DNA from: an uncultured Acidobacteriaceae bacterium
GTDB lineage: Bacteria > Acidobacteriota > Terriglobia > Terriglobales > Acidobacteriaceae
DNA: 64,000 nucleotides
Direction: 5' to 3'
NCBI GenBank assembly: GCA_963705765.1
Contig: CAVPKU010000054.1
Location: forward strand, 31,659 to 95,658
Shown here: positions 35,660-45,378 of the stretch, piece by piece
Layout: each line of letters begins with the position of its first letter
Position numbering within the stretch: position 1 is the first letter of the stretch
Position numbers and translations under genes: made by a program
The notes under the pieces: generated by a model
What the model was told of the DNA's origin: nothing
What the model saw: only the letters and a program-made list of their open reading frames with translations
Database searches by the model: none

Positions 35660-35729
35660 TCACCGCCCTGCAGCCTCGGATAGTTTTTGGCGGACCAGCT
35701 TGAACCTGCACCGTTGCTGGCCCCGCCAG

Positions 35730-38486
35730 CTAGCTGGACGCGACGCGTTTGAGCGCCGATACCAGCGCTTCCAGAGCATAGCGTTGATACGGCTCTGCAT
35801 CGCTGCGGGTAAAGATCGGCGTCACCGCATCCACGTCCTTGCGTGCCGTCGCATAGTCTTTGCGGCGGTAGGCGATCTCCGCTTCCAGAAGCGTCACGCC
35901 CGCACCGGCATTCGGATCACCCGTGAGTTGTGCAACGGCCGCGACATTAATCTTGCCAAGCAGCGTGCTGGCCTCGTCGAGACGGTTGAGACCGATCAGG
36001 CAGGCGGCCAGAGTGGAGGCGGTACCGCCCGTGAGTCCGGCCTGCGCGCCGAAGGCGGAGAGAGAGGCATCGTAAGCCTTGCGCGCACTGGCTTCTCCCT
36101 CAGCAAATTTCCCCGAGCGGCACATCGCCAACGATGCGTCAGAAAGCGTGGCCACAGCAAAGAACGAACGCGCTCCCTGCTTCTGCACCGCGAGGTTGTA
36201 AATCGTCATATCATCGCGAACCGTGTCGCTCCACAAACCCAGGCTGCCCTCCGATTGCGCCCGCGTGGAGAGCAATTGCATGGTGAGTTCGTGATCGGGA
36301 CCGAGCCGCGTCACAAAATCCGGGTAAACCGCAGTCGTCTCGCGCACCGCCTCCTGAAATTTGTTCTCGATCATGAATGCCTGCGCAAGATTCAGGCGGA
36401 CGCGAAGCACATTCGGGCTGTCAGGCCCCGCGATGCTGGTGAAGGCGACGATCAATTCGCGGAAAGTCTGCTCCGCCCTGGCTCCCTGCCCGAGCCGGAT
36501 ATAGCAAAACCCAAGCCGCTGCTGAAAAGTGAGGCGAGCGGCCTGGTCAAACATCGGCAGCGCCTGCGACTGGTCGACAGCCGTCTGGAACTGCTGCGCC
36601 GCGACCGCCGCATTGTTATCGATCAGGGCAATCATTCCGCGCGCCGAAGCAAGCCAGACCGGAATGTCCGGACGCGGATGCTCAATCTTCGCGATGATCG
36701 CCTCCTGCGAGGCCAGAACCGACTTCGCCGCCGGCTGCGAATCCTTCTGATAGCTGCGAGCCAGAGCGGTCGCCCGCTGCAGCTCAACAATGATCGCGTC
36801 CTGCGATGCCGAACCCTGTACCTGGCGAAAAAGTGCAGCGGCGCGCTCATATTCCGGCAGTGCGTCGCCATAATCGGTGCGATTGTCGAGCGCCCGCGCA
36901 ATCGTCTGGTGGAGTTGCGCGGCAATCAGGGGCTCCTTCGCGAACTGGCTATCGATCGACGGCGACGCCTGCTTGATCGCATCCGTCAGTGATTCGCTGG
37001 CTTTGCCACTCAGGAAAGGATTGCTGCGGCCCAGCAAATCGTCGGACAAAAATTGATTGATCGACGATGCGATCGCCGTCTGTCGGCTGGCATAATCGCG
37101 CTCCCGCCGAGCCCGTTGATAAAGGATGAGACTCACGCCAAGCCCCGTAATCAGGGCGGCGAGCGCCAGAGCGATCCACGGCCGCCGCGCGCGAGCTTCG
37201 GCCAGCTTGCGCTCGGCGCGTTGTGCACGCTGGTTGGCCGAGTCCAGCTCATCGTGCAGCGCGCGTCGTTGCGCCAGATTCAGCAGCCGATCCGCCAGCT
37301 CCGCTGCAGTGCTCAGCCGGCGAGCAGGATCGCCGGCAGCAGCGGAAGCGATGTCCTCACGCAGCAGCGAATCCTCGATCTGGTGCTCCCATCCCGGAGC
37401 CAGCGGGCGGCGAAAATCTCCGATCAGCATTTGATAAAGCAGAACCCCGAGCGCATAAACATCCGACGAAGCGCTGCCCGTCTCACCGGCCAAAACTTCA
37501 GGCGCCAGGTACATCAGCGTGCCCGTCAACGCATCGTCGGCTGCTGCAATGCGCGTAAAGCCAAGGTTCGTGATGCCCAGAGCCTGCAACCGCGTTGGAT
37601 CGAACAGCGACGCGCTCCCGAAGTCCGCAATCTTGACCTGCCAGCCCGGCCCGGGTTTCGCCGGCGTCACCAGAATGTTGGCTGGCTTCAGATCCTTGTG
37701 CAGAACACCGATTCCCTGCGCAGCCGCCACACCGCGCACAATATCAATGAAGATCAGCATCCGCAGATCAGGCGATACGTTGGCAAGCCCGCCCTGCCCC
37801 TCGGCCCATTCAGCAAGATTGGGGCCGGCGTATTCGCTCTCGATGAAGTACGGCGTCGTGTCGAAGTTCCATTCCAGAATCCGAACGAACTCAGGCCGCT
37901 CAGGCAGCGATTCGCGAAGAAAGCGCGCAATGGTGACTTCGCGCTTAAGCCCCTTGAGCCGAACGCCGTCGCTGGCGAATTTAAAGACCCGCTGCTCGTG
38001 CGTCTTCGGGTTGTGAGCAATCCAGACTTCGCCCGCGCCCGATGGCTCCAGCGCCCGCGCCAGTTGCCACTGTTCGCGCCCCGGGATCAACTGACCCGGC
38101 TGGAAATGCAGATCGGAGTCGGCCGGCGCAGCCACTGCTTTGCAAAAAGCCGGAGCGGCCAGCCGATAGCCGACTCGGGGAATCGTCACCACCACCGTGT
38201 TGGTCTCGTCGCCCATCGCTTTGCGCAGCTTCGAGACCGCTGTGGCCAGCGACCCGTCCACCACCATCACGCCCGGCCAGACTGACTCCAGCAGCTCATC
38301 CTTCGTGACCACCTCGCCGGCGTGCAGCAACAGCTGCAGCAGGATGTCCAGCGGCTTGGCTTCCAGATCAATCGTCTTGCCGTCCGCCTTCAGCGTGCGC
38401 CGCAGCTCGTCGAATTCGTAGCGGTCAAAGCGCCACAGGCGCCCTGCGTTCTCATCCGCTCCCGGTGCAAAGGCCTTATCGTTCAC
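35730..38486 (-). CDS. membrane-spanning regulator: OmpR/CadC-type winged-helix DNA-binding domain + Ser/Thr protein kinase + TM + TPR repeats
   Basis: 918 aa, GTG start. The N-terminal trans_reg_C block is LEAKPLDILLQLLLHAGEVVTKDELLESVWPG...IPRVGYRL. Kinase motifs are VFKF (Lys), HKDLKPANILV, DFGSA and APE. One TM (WIALALAALITGLGVSLILY) is followed by about 400 aa of TPR-like helices. Confidence 0.85.
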   Translation of the reverse strand: MNDKAFAPGADENAGRLWRFDRYEFDELRRTLKADGKTIDLEAKPLDILLQLLLHAGEVVTKDELLESVWPGVMVVDGSLATAVSKLRKAMGDETNTVVVTIPRVGYRLAAPAFCKAVAAPADSDLHFQPGQLIPGREQWQLARALEPSGAGEVWIAHNPKTHEQRVFKFASDGVRLKGLKREVTIARFLRESLPERPEFVRILEWNFDTTPYFIESEYAGPNLAEWAEGQGGLANVSPDLRMLIFIDIVRGVAAAQGIGVLHKDLKPANILVTPAKPGPGWQVKIADFGSASLFDPTRLQALGITNLGFTRIAAADDALTGTLMYLAPEVLAGETGSASSDVYALGVLLYQMLIGDFRRPLAPGWEHQIEDSLLREDIASAAAGDPARRLSTAAELADRLLNLAQRRALHDELDSANQRAQRAERKLAEARARRPWIALALAALITGLGVSLILYQRARRERDYASRQTAIASSINQFLSDDLLGRSNPFLSGKASESLTDAIKQASPSIDSQFAKEPLIAAQLHQTIARALDNRTDYGDALPEYERAAALFRQVQGSASQDAIIVELQRATALARSYQKDSQPAAKSVLASQEAIIAKIEHPRPDIPVWLASARGMIALIDNNAAVAAQQFQTAVDQSQALPMFDQAARLTFQQRLGFCYIRLGQGARAEQTFRELIVAFTSIAGPDSPNVLRVRLNLAQAFMIENKFQEAVRETTAVYPDFVTRLGPDHELTMQLLSTRAQSEGSLGLWSDTVRDDMTIYNLAVQKQGARSFFAVATLSDASLAMCRSGKFAEGEASARKAYDASLSAFGAQAGLTGGTASTLAACLIGLNRLDEASTLLGKINVAAVAQLTGDPNAGAGVTLLEAEIAYRRKDYATARKDVDAVTPIFTRSDAEPYQRYALEALVSALKRVASS

Positions 38487-38498
38487 GAGCTTAGCGCC

Positions 38499-38516
38499 TC
38501 TTTAGAGTTCTTTAGA
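38499..38516. promoter_or_regulatory. direct repeat TCTTTAGA x2 with 10-bp register
   Basis: Copies at 38499-38506 and 38509-38516, 13-30 nt upstream of the GTG start of the wHTH-kinase gene and inside the divergent intergenic region. Confidence 0.3.
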
Positions 38517-38645
38517 CATCCGTCAGGACACGCAAGGGCGAGGTAAGGCAGGGTTGTGGTCCATCAGGCTCGCTGGGTGGAGAAGAACATTCTGCCACAG
38601 CCAGCGGGCTTGAACCAGAAGGTTCGGCAAACAGGAGGGGGAGCA

Positions 38646-39452
38646 ATGGCGATACGAGGAAAGGTTCTGCAAGGCAGCACAGGCGGCCAGGGCGTGGTCA
38701 CCGTGAACGGGCAGCAATATGCCTTCGCAACAGCAACGTGGCAATCAGCGATGGCGGCCGCCCCAGGCATGACAGCGGATGTGGAGTTCGGCCCCGACGG
38801 CACGGTCAGCCGGGTGACTCAGGTTCCCGACGGCCAGATCACCAAAGAACAAGCTGAGGCAGTGATGAACGCCGCCAGGCAGAAGGGCGGCGCAGTGGCG
38901 TCGGCCGCGGTGGCAAAATTCGGTCTGCCGTTGCTGGTTTCAATCGGGCTGCTGCTGATCGGTTGGTTCTTCCTCAGCGCCGTTTCCGTGCAGACGCCGT
39001 TCGCGAAATTCACCTTCACCTTCTGGCAGGTGTTGGGATTTGTGAACACGTCCAACGCATTGGAAGCCGTCATGTCAGGCGGCAGCGCTCCCAGCACAGG
39101 AATCTACGGGCTGCTGGGGATCCTCGCTCTGGCCGGACCTTTCGTGCGCTTCTTCTGGAAAGACAAGCGCGCCGCGCTGCTCGGATTCCTCCCCCTGGTT
39201 TTCATGCTGTTCGTCGGCATCATGGTGCGCAGCACCATCTCCGGCGCCACCGGTGGAGCGCCCTCCGGTCCCTTTGCCGATCTGCAACGCCAGGCACAGC
39301 AGGAGATGATGAATGCCATCTCCATCGGCCTCGGTTCGTACCTTTCCCTCCTCGTGAGCGCCTACCTTGGCTGGGTTTCCGTCCAGCATTTCCTCTCCGC
39401 GCGCAGTGCGGTCGTCGAGGCCCCCCGCCCGGTGACGAATATCAACGCGTAG
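38646..39452 (+). CDS. hypothetical integral membrane protein
   Basis: ORF-track frame was trimmed to ATG 38646 (AGGAGGGGG RBS). A soluble N-terminal domain of about 90 aa is followed by about 5 hydrophobic segments. No recognisable motif. Confidence 0.6.
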   Translation: MAIRGKVLQGSTGGQGVVTVNGQQYAFATATWQSAMAAAPGMTADVEFGPDGTVSRVTQVPDGQITKEQAEAVMNAARQKGGAVASAAVAKFGLPLLVSIGLLLIGWFFLSAVSVQTPFAKFTFTFWQVLGFVNTSNALEAVMSGGSAPSTGIYGLLGILALAGPFVRFFWKDKRAALLGFLPLVFMLFVGIMVRSTISGATGGAPSGPFADLQRQAQQEMMNAISIGLGSYLSLLVSAYLGWVSVQHFLSARSAVVEAPRPVTNINA

Positions 39453-39529
39453 CGGGACAAAAAGCCGGGGCGTGTGCGAAACGCGCTCCGGCTTTCAACA
39501 GCAACGAACCAACACCCATGGAGGCAGGG

Positions 39530-39841
39530 ATGCAATTGAAGAAATCAGGACTCGCGGCAATATGCGCATTGCTGTTGGCGTGCTGCATCGGCTGCGGCAA
39601 TAACGTTCAGGGCAACACCTATGCCGACGCCAACGGCATGATGAAAATCCAGTTTCAAAGTGGCGGAAAAGCGCTCGTGACCATCGGCTTCACCACCCAG
39701 AACTGCGAGTGGACGCAGAGCAGCAGCAACGTCAGCGTCAAATGCGACAACGACACCTTGCCATTCACCTTAAATAGTGACGGTTCGCTGGCCGGGCCAG
39801 CGGGCGGAGCGATCGGACCCCTGACGAAGGTCAAACAGTAA
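39530..39841 (+). CDS. small lipoprotein (hypothetical)
   Basis: 103 aa. GGAGG RBS at 39520-39524. Signal peptide with a lipobox-like LLAC(C). Lies at the tail of ORF-track frame 38963..39841. Confidence 0.6.
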   Translation: MQLKKSGLAAICALLLACCIGCGNNVQGNTYADANGMMKIQFQSGGKALVTIGFTTQNCEWTQSSSNVSVKCDNDTLPFTLNSDGSLAGPAGGAIGPLTKVKQ

Positions 39842-40001
39842 CGGATCAGAGAGCAACCAATGTCCACCGTCTTGAGCAGCTTGCGGTCGGCATCGCAATC
39901 CTGTTCGAAAAATCACACCGGAGCGGGCCGAAGAAGTACAAGGCCCGCCAAGGATCTCCAGGAACAGTTTCACCACAACAAGAAGCAGCGATCGCTGCCG
40001 G

Positions 40002-41204
40002 TTATTGTGGCCCCGGCACGTCTGCAGGATGCCGTTGCGCCTTCCCTGCCCCGGAAATCTGATCGTTGAGACTCTGATAGGACTGCTTCTTCATCCGGCT
40101 CACCAGCGCTGCTTCAGTTCGCGCCTTCTCCGGCTCTCCCATCGCCTGGTAGAGCCGCGAGAGTCGCCAGTGAGGATCCGAATCACTCGGGTTCAGCCGG
40201 ATCGCTTCGCTATACTGCGCCAGCGCGTCCTCGTTGCGTCCCTGCGCCGCATACACGATGCCCAGATCGAGATGCCCCAGCGCGATCGAAGGGTCATCCT
40301 TCAGCGCGCGCTCCAGCTCCGGCTGCGCATGCTCGTTGTCTTCCAGATGCACATAACAGTCCCCCAGATAAACCCGCGCCGGCGTGTGCGACGGATCGTT
40401 CTCCAGATCGGCCTTGAACTCCGGTATCGCGTCGCTGTACAGCTTCTGCGTCATCAGCAGATACGCAACAGCGAAGTGAACGTAAGGCTCCTTGGGATTG
40501 GCCTTCTCTGCCGCGCGGAATTGCGCCAATGCCCCGGTGTTGTCTCGCATTTCGTCCAACGCCTCGCCGGCCAGCATGTCCGCTTCAGCCGATTCTGCGT
40601 TGAGCGTCAGAATCTCGCGATAGGTGTCCATCACGCATCCGTATTGCTTTGACCAGAGACAACTGTGCGCCAGGGCAAGCCGCAGCGACAGATTCTGCTT
40701 GTCGTGCGCCGCGGCATCTTTCAGAGAGGGCACCGCCTCTGCATACTCAGCCAGCCCGTAATACGCCATGCCGATGAGGATGCGCAGGCGTTGCGCCTCA
40801 GGCGAATCGCGCGGCGCGGCTCTCAGCAGAGTTTTGAATTCCACGATCGCCGCCCTGGGCTGGCCGCCTTTGAACAGCGCAAGTCCCAGATTCAGGCGCA
40901 GGCCCGGCACCTTTGGGTTCATCTGTAGAGCCTTGCGATAAAGGGGTATCGCCTCTGTGTAATGCTCCTGGCGCGCCTCCAGAAGACCCAGTTGCGCGTA
41001 GGGTTCGGGGCTGGTCGGATGCGCCTTGCTGTAGGCGCGCCACGCCGCCTCAGCCTCGGGGATCTTGTTCTGTTGCTCCAGAGCAAGCGCGGCCTGCCTT
41101 TGCGCATCCCCGCTTCCGGAGGTCTGTCCCCAGGTCATAATCGCAACCACAACGCCCGCGACTCCCACGAAAACAAGCCGCTTCCCGCGCGCGCTACGCA
41201 TCAT
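40002..41204 (-). CDS. tetratricopeptide repeat protein (N-terminal TM/signal anchor)
   Basis: 400 aa with repeated TPR consensus (AxxxYxxAlxxxPxxxxA), e.g. AWRAYSKAHPTSPEPYAQLG and AIPLYRKALQMNPKVPGL. Confidence 0.75.
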   Translation of the reverse strand: MMRSARGKRLVFVGVAGVVVAIMTWGQTSGSGDAQRQAALALEQQNKIPEAEAAWRAYSKAHPTSPEPYAQLGLLEARQEHYTEAIPLYRKALQMNPKVPGLRLNLGLALFKGGQPRAAIVEFKTLLRAAPRDSPEAQRLRILIGMAYYGLAEYAEAVPSLKDAAAHDKQNLSLRLALAHSCLWSKQYGCVMDTYREILTLNAESAEADMLAGEALDEMRDNTGALAQFRAAEKANPKEPYVHFAVAYLLMTQKLYSDAIPEFKADLENDPSHTPARVYLGDCYVHLEDNEHAQPELERALKDDPSIALGHLDLGIVYAAQGRNEDALAQYSEAIRLNPSDSDPHWRLSRLYQAMGEPEKARTEAALVSRMKKQSYQSLNDQISGAGKAQRHPADVPGPQ

Positions 41205-41328
41205 CCTCAGCGGTGACGCCAGCTCTCATGCGCACATTCTTCCGCAACGCCCCGGATCGATGCAACAAAGCAATTCCACCACGTCGTCAATTTTTCACAT
41301 CGAGATCCACGCAGCGTCGCTCAACCGC

Positions 41329-41364
41329 AAGAGAAAGGGCGCAGCAGGATTGCCCGCCGCGCCC
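41329..41364 (-). terminator. probable rho-independent terminator after the TonB-dependent receptor gene
   Basis: The minus strand reads GGGCGC-(16 nt)-GCGCCC followed by TTTCTCTT, starting 17 nt after the TAA stop. Confidence 0.55.
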
Positions 41365-41380
41365 GGTTGAGAGGTTCAGG

Positions 41381-44300
41381 TTAGAACACGATCTTTCCAC
41401 CGAGTTCCATGACACGCGGACCCCAGTCGTTGTTCACCCAGCCAAAGTTGTTGCCATTCTGGCTCGTGTTCAGGTTCTGGAATTCCGCATGGTTGAAGGT
41501 GTTGAACGACTCGAACCGCAGCTCCAGATGAGCGCGCTCGGTCATCTCAAACGATTTATAGAGCGAAGTGTTGAAGTTCACACGCCCCGGACCGACAACA
41601 GCATCCTTGTGGCTGTTGCCAAAGCCCTGGTTTGCGCCGCCCAGCCAGGCCGGGGTAGGAGCAGAGAACTGCGAAGTGTCGAACCAGCCCTTCACGTTCT
41701 TGGTGTAATGAACCTTGCCGTTAACATTGGCACGGTTCGAATAACCACCACCCAAACCGATGGGGTCACCCGCTCCGCTGAATCCGATACCAGTGGAGTT
41801 GGTCGGTGGCGTTCCGCTCTCGTCGATGAACTGTCCCGCGAGCTCCCAACCGCCGGCGATGGACCGGACCAGTCCTTGCGAATGGAGGAAGATGGGCAGT
41901 TTGTAGACATAGTTGCCCTGCAGGATGTGGCGACGGTCGTAATTGCCCGCCCCCTTGTCGTACTTAAGCACCCACGGATTGCTCACGCAGCACGCGTTGT
42001 CCGAGTTCTGAATGTCAATCTCGTGCGAGTAGGTATAGTCCAGTTCGCCGCTCAGGCCCCAGCGATTCTGCACACGGAGACCCGCCTGCAGACCGTTGTA
42101 GCTGCCATTGGTATTGGTTTCCATGGCGGTGATATCGCCATAGCCCTGATAGTTTCTGAACGACTGGGAATTGTTGGCCGTCGGCCCGCGTCCCGAAGCT
42201 GGCAACGTTACCGGCTGGCCGTAGTCATTGGTGTAGGTTGACACGCTGCCGCCTTTCGCCCGCACCTGCAGCGGGGTCGTCAGCGGGAAGTTGTTGTCAT
42301 GCCGGTACTCTTCCTGGTGCCAGGCCAGATTGCCAACGTACTGGACAACCAGGACCACTGACGGCCGCAGTTCATGCTGGACACCGAGGCTGTACATCGC
42401 AACCGCCGGATCCGGGAACTTCTCTGCCATCTCATACTGGCCACCCGGGAAGAACGGTGTCGAGGCTGTCGCACCCGTCTGGATGCTGGTGTGTGGATCG
42501 CTGAAGTAGACCTGGTTCGCCGTCGGTGCATACGAGAACGGCGAGTTCGTCGCGCTGTTGTAGATCAGGTTGCCCTGCATGCGTTCGAAGAACGTTCCGA
42601 AACCGCCGCGGAGCACGGTCCTGCCGTTTCCGAAGAGGTCCTCCGAGAACCCGATCCGAGGCTGCCAGGTGTTGTAGTAGTTGCTCACCAGCGCCCGCGG
42701 CACACCACCCTGTCCAGCCAGGTCCATGCCGTTCACGTACGCCGGAGCCGCCGAGCCATCCACCGTAAAGCTCGAGAAGCCGGGCCCGGTGGTCACCATC
42801 GACCCATCGGTGTTCCAGTTCGGGGTCAGCGTGGACTGGAAGTGAGCAGGGTTGAAGTTTGCAACGTAGTTGTTACGCTCCCATGCCTGCGGCAGCGCGT
42901 CGTAGCGGAATCCGAGCTGCAGCGACAGCCGCGGGCTCACGTGCCAGGTGTCCATCGCGTAGACCGAAGGCGTCTGGTTCACGTAGTGCCGGATTGGCAG
43001 CGCTCTCTGCTGGTTGTAGCTGCCGGCCAGGCCCAACAGCATATCCATGATCGCGTCGCCCTGGACGCAGCCTCCTGCGCTCGCTGCGCAGTTCGCCTGA
43101 TCCTGGTTGCTGGTGTACTGCACGTTGTTGTTGCCTTTGAACGTGTACAGACCGTTGCCGTTTCCAAACAGCTGCTGGTTTTTCGTGTAGCGGTTGTAGC
43201 TGAACCCGAACTTCAGCCCATGCTTGCCCGTCGTGTAGGACACATCCACCTTGGGCTCATAGTCCTCGGCGGCGTTATGCCACGGAGCCGATCCCATTTC
43301 CAGGTTCGTTCCGTACGGAGCGCCCCAGTCCACCGACACGATCTCGTTGGTTCTGCCGTTCTTGAAATAGTTGCCCGCGCTCCAGCCGCTCAGCTGCGCT
43401 GAATTCGTGCTGTTGATGATGTCGATGATGTTGCCGTCGTAGTTCATGCTGGCTTCGACAAGCAGGGTGGGCGAGATGCTGCCGCTCAGCTTGATGGCGC
43501 CGCTGTTCGACGGGGTGATCTCCGAACTCGTCACTGTGTTGTAGGTATCCCCATCCCAACCCAGCATCGGCTTCGCGTTGTGATCGTTGTCGCTTTCGTG
43601 CATGTAGTGAGCCATCAAAGCCCACTTGTCGTTGAATTTATGGTCCACGCGAACGATATCGTCGCGAACCTTAATCGGAGCGTTGACGCTCTCCACCGAT
43701 TGGTCGTTGGCGTTCCCCGGAGGCGGAAGCAGCTTCGCATTCAGGAACAGCACCGCATTGGCATCAAACAGCTGATGCGGAATCGTGTTGTTCGGGAATG
43801 GCTGACCGGGCGTAAGGCCCAGCGTCGTCAGCTTCGCCAGGTAGGCTGGATCCTGAACGTTGGGCACCACGATTCCCAACCCCTTGGCGTTGAAGCGCGG
43901 ATTGACATAATGCAGATCCTGCCCGGCAACCGGAATGTCTGCCGTCGGCAGGGTGTTGTTGGTGTTCGTCGAAGAGCCCTGCTTGATGTTCCGCCACTCT
44001 TCGTTCACGAAGAAGAACGTCTTCTGCCGATCCCGGTTGTAGACCCCCGGAATGAACACCGGGCCGCCGACGTTGAACCCGTAAACGTTGTAATCGAGGA
44101 CCTGACGCGGTGTGTATGCGCTCGGACCCGATTTGTTGAACTTATTGAAATAGTCGTTTGCATCGTAATCAGTATTGCGGTTGAACTCATAGCCCGATCC
44201 GTGGAAAGCCCTCGTGCCGCTCTTGAGCGAGAGACTGAACGTCGCGCCCGAAGAGATTCCGTAGTCCGGCGGGTAGTTGGAGGTCAACATCGTGAATTCG

Positions 44301-44974
44301 GCGATGGCGTCCTGGGGTGGCATCAGGGCAATGCCGCCGGCGCCGCCGCGGTCATCCGACTCGCCGCCGTCGATCAGCCAGATGTTGTGACTCTGGCGCA
44401 GGCCGTTGGCGCTGATGCTGAAGCTGCTGCCGCCGGCTCCCGCCATCGGCGTATTGTTGTCCGGCAAATTCGAGCTCACACCCAGCCCCATGGCCGCCAG
44501 AGCTGCGAAGTTGCGGTTTGCCGTTGCGATCTTGTCCACCTGTTGCGACGTGATCGTCGTGCTGATCACGTTCTCGTCGGTCTGCACCTGCAGTGCATTC
44601 GCCTGTACGGTGACCGTGGTCGCCTCAGCGCCAACCTGCAGCTTGACGTCGGAACGCAGAGTCTGCGAGACGTTCAGCACCAGGCCGTTCGCCACATAGC
44701 TCTGGAAACCCTTCGCTGTCGCCTTCAAATCGTAGGTGCTCGGATTGAGACCGCCAAAGGTGAAATACCCGGCGTCGTTGGCCGTGGTTGAGACCGTCGT
44801 GCCCTTCGCTGTGTCGGTCAGAGTGAGTTGCGCGCCGGAAATCACCGCACCCGTTTGGTCGGTGACGATGCCGGTGATCTCGGAGTTCTGCTGCGCATAA
44901 GCTGCGCCCGCGAACCCCAAGCAAAACATCACGAAAACCAGGAGACCCACTGGTCTTCCAAATACCTGTCTCAT
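41381..44974 (-). CDS. TonB-dependent receptor-like outer-membrane protein with N-terminal carboxypeptidase-regulatory-like domain
   Basis: ORF-track frame was trimmed to ATG 44974 (GGAGG 7 nt upstream). Signal peptide ...GFAGAAYAQQ. CarboxypepD_reg block ITGIVTDQTGAVISGAQLTLTD...NDAGYFTFGGL. A long beta-barrel ends with the C-terminal aromatic residue (...GGKIVF). Confidence 0.85.
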   Translation of the reverse strand: MRQVFGRPVGLLVFVMFCLGFAGAAYAQQNSEITGIVTDQTGAVISGAQLTLTDTAKGTTVSTTANDAGYFTFGGLNPSTYDLKATAKGFQSYVANGLVLNVSQTLRSDVKLQVGAEATTVTVQANALQVQTDENVISTTITSQQVDKIATANRNFAALAAMGLGVSSNLPDNNTPMAGAGGSSFSISANGLRQSHNIWLIDGGESDDRGGAGGIALMPPQDAIAEFTMLTSNYPPDYGISSGATFSLSLKSGTRAFHGSGYEFNRNTDYDANDYFNKFNKSGPSAYTPRQVLDYNVYGFNVGGPVFIPGVYNRDRQKTFFFVNEEWRNIKQGSSTNTNNTLPTADIPVAGQDLHYVNPRFNAKGLGIVVPNVQDPAYLAKLTTLGLTPGQPFPNNTIPHQLFDANAVLFLNAKLLPPPGNANDQSVESVNAPIKVRDDIVRVDHKFNDKWALMAHYMHESDNDHNAKPMLGWDGDTYNTVTSSEITPSNSGAIKLSGSISPTLLVEASMNYDGNIIDIINSTNSAQLSGWSAGNYFKNGRTNEIVSVDWGAPYGTNLEMGSAPWHNAAEDYEPKVDVSYTTGKHGLKFGFSYNRYTKNQQLFGNGNGLYTFKGNNNVQYTSNQDQANCAASAGGCVQGDAIMDMLLGLAGSYNQQRALPIRHYVNQTPSVYAMDTWHVSPRLSLQLGFRYDALPQAWERNNYVANFNPAHFQSTLTPNWNTDGSMVTTGPGFSSFTVDGSAAPAYVNGMDLAGQGGVPRALVSNYYNTWQPRIGFSEDLFGNGRTVLRGGFGTFFERMQGNLIYNSATNSPFSYAPTANQVYFSDPHTSIQTGATASTPFFPGGQYEMAEKFPDPAVAMYSLGVQHELRPSVVLVVQYVGNLAWHQEEYRHDNNFPLTTPLQVRAKGGSVSTYTNDYGQPVTLPASGRGPTANNSQSFRNYQGYGDITAMETNTNGSYNGLQAGLRVQNRWGLSGELDYTYSHEIDIQNSDNACCVSNPWVLKYDKGAGNYDRRHILQGNYVYKLPIFLHSQGLVRSIAGGWELAGQFIDESGTPPTNSTGIGFSGAGDPIGLGGGYSNRANVNGKVHYTKNVKGWFDTSQFSAPTPAWLGGANQGFGNSHKDAVVGPGRVNFNTSLYKSFEMTERAHLELRFESFNTFNHAEFQNLNTSQNGNNFGWVNNDWGPRVMELGGKIVF

Positions 44975-45378
44975 ATGTTGCCTCCTCATAAGCAAAGAGT
45001 CACGTCGTGTACGTTCAATTCGAGGTACTGACAGTTCCCCGTTGTTCTGTTCGCCGCGTTTTTTAGCCGCGGTTCTTTTTGATCTCTCGGGATCGGTTCG
45101 CAAGGCTAACAATCGTTTTTGTCAGTTGTCAAGCGTTTTATCCGGCATTGGGTCCTGATTAGGGACGGACCCGGGCATATTGTGCGCTGCGGCATTTGCA
45201 GAATTCGATCACCATGATCGGTATTGCCGATTGAGATAACGCTTACTTGAAGGCTCGCCTCTGCGAAACGCTGCCTCACCGCGTCTGCAGAGGCCCTCTT
45301 TCCCACTAATGGCGTGCCGCTGTCCCGGCCGATCACATCGCAAGCGAACTCATCGCCCGCCCCACGGTCCGTGGCTCG

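Noticed and set aside
29310-38285. Other shadow ORFs: 29310-30722 (+), 33342-34142 (-), 34831-35703 (+), 35700-36992 (+), 37053-38285 (+).
   Set aside because: They overlap the APC permease, the SGNH-like/MBOAT genes and the wHTH-kinase gene. Their translations are low-complexity and lack any recognisable domain.
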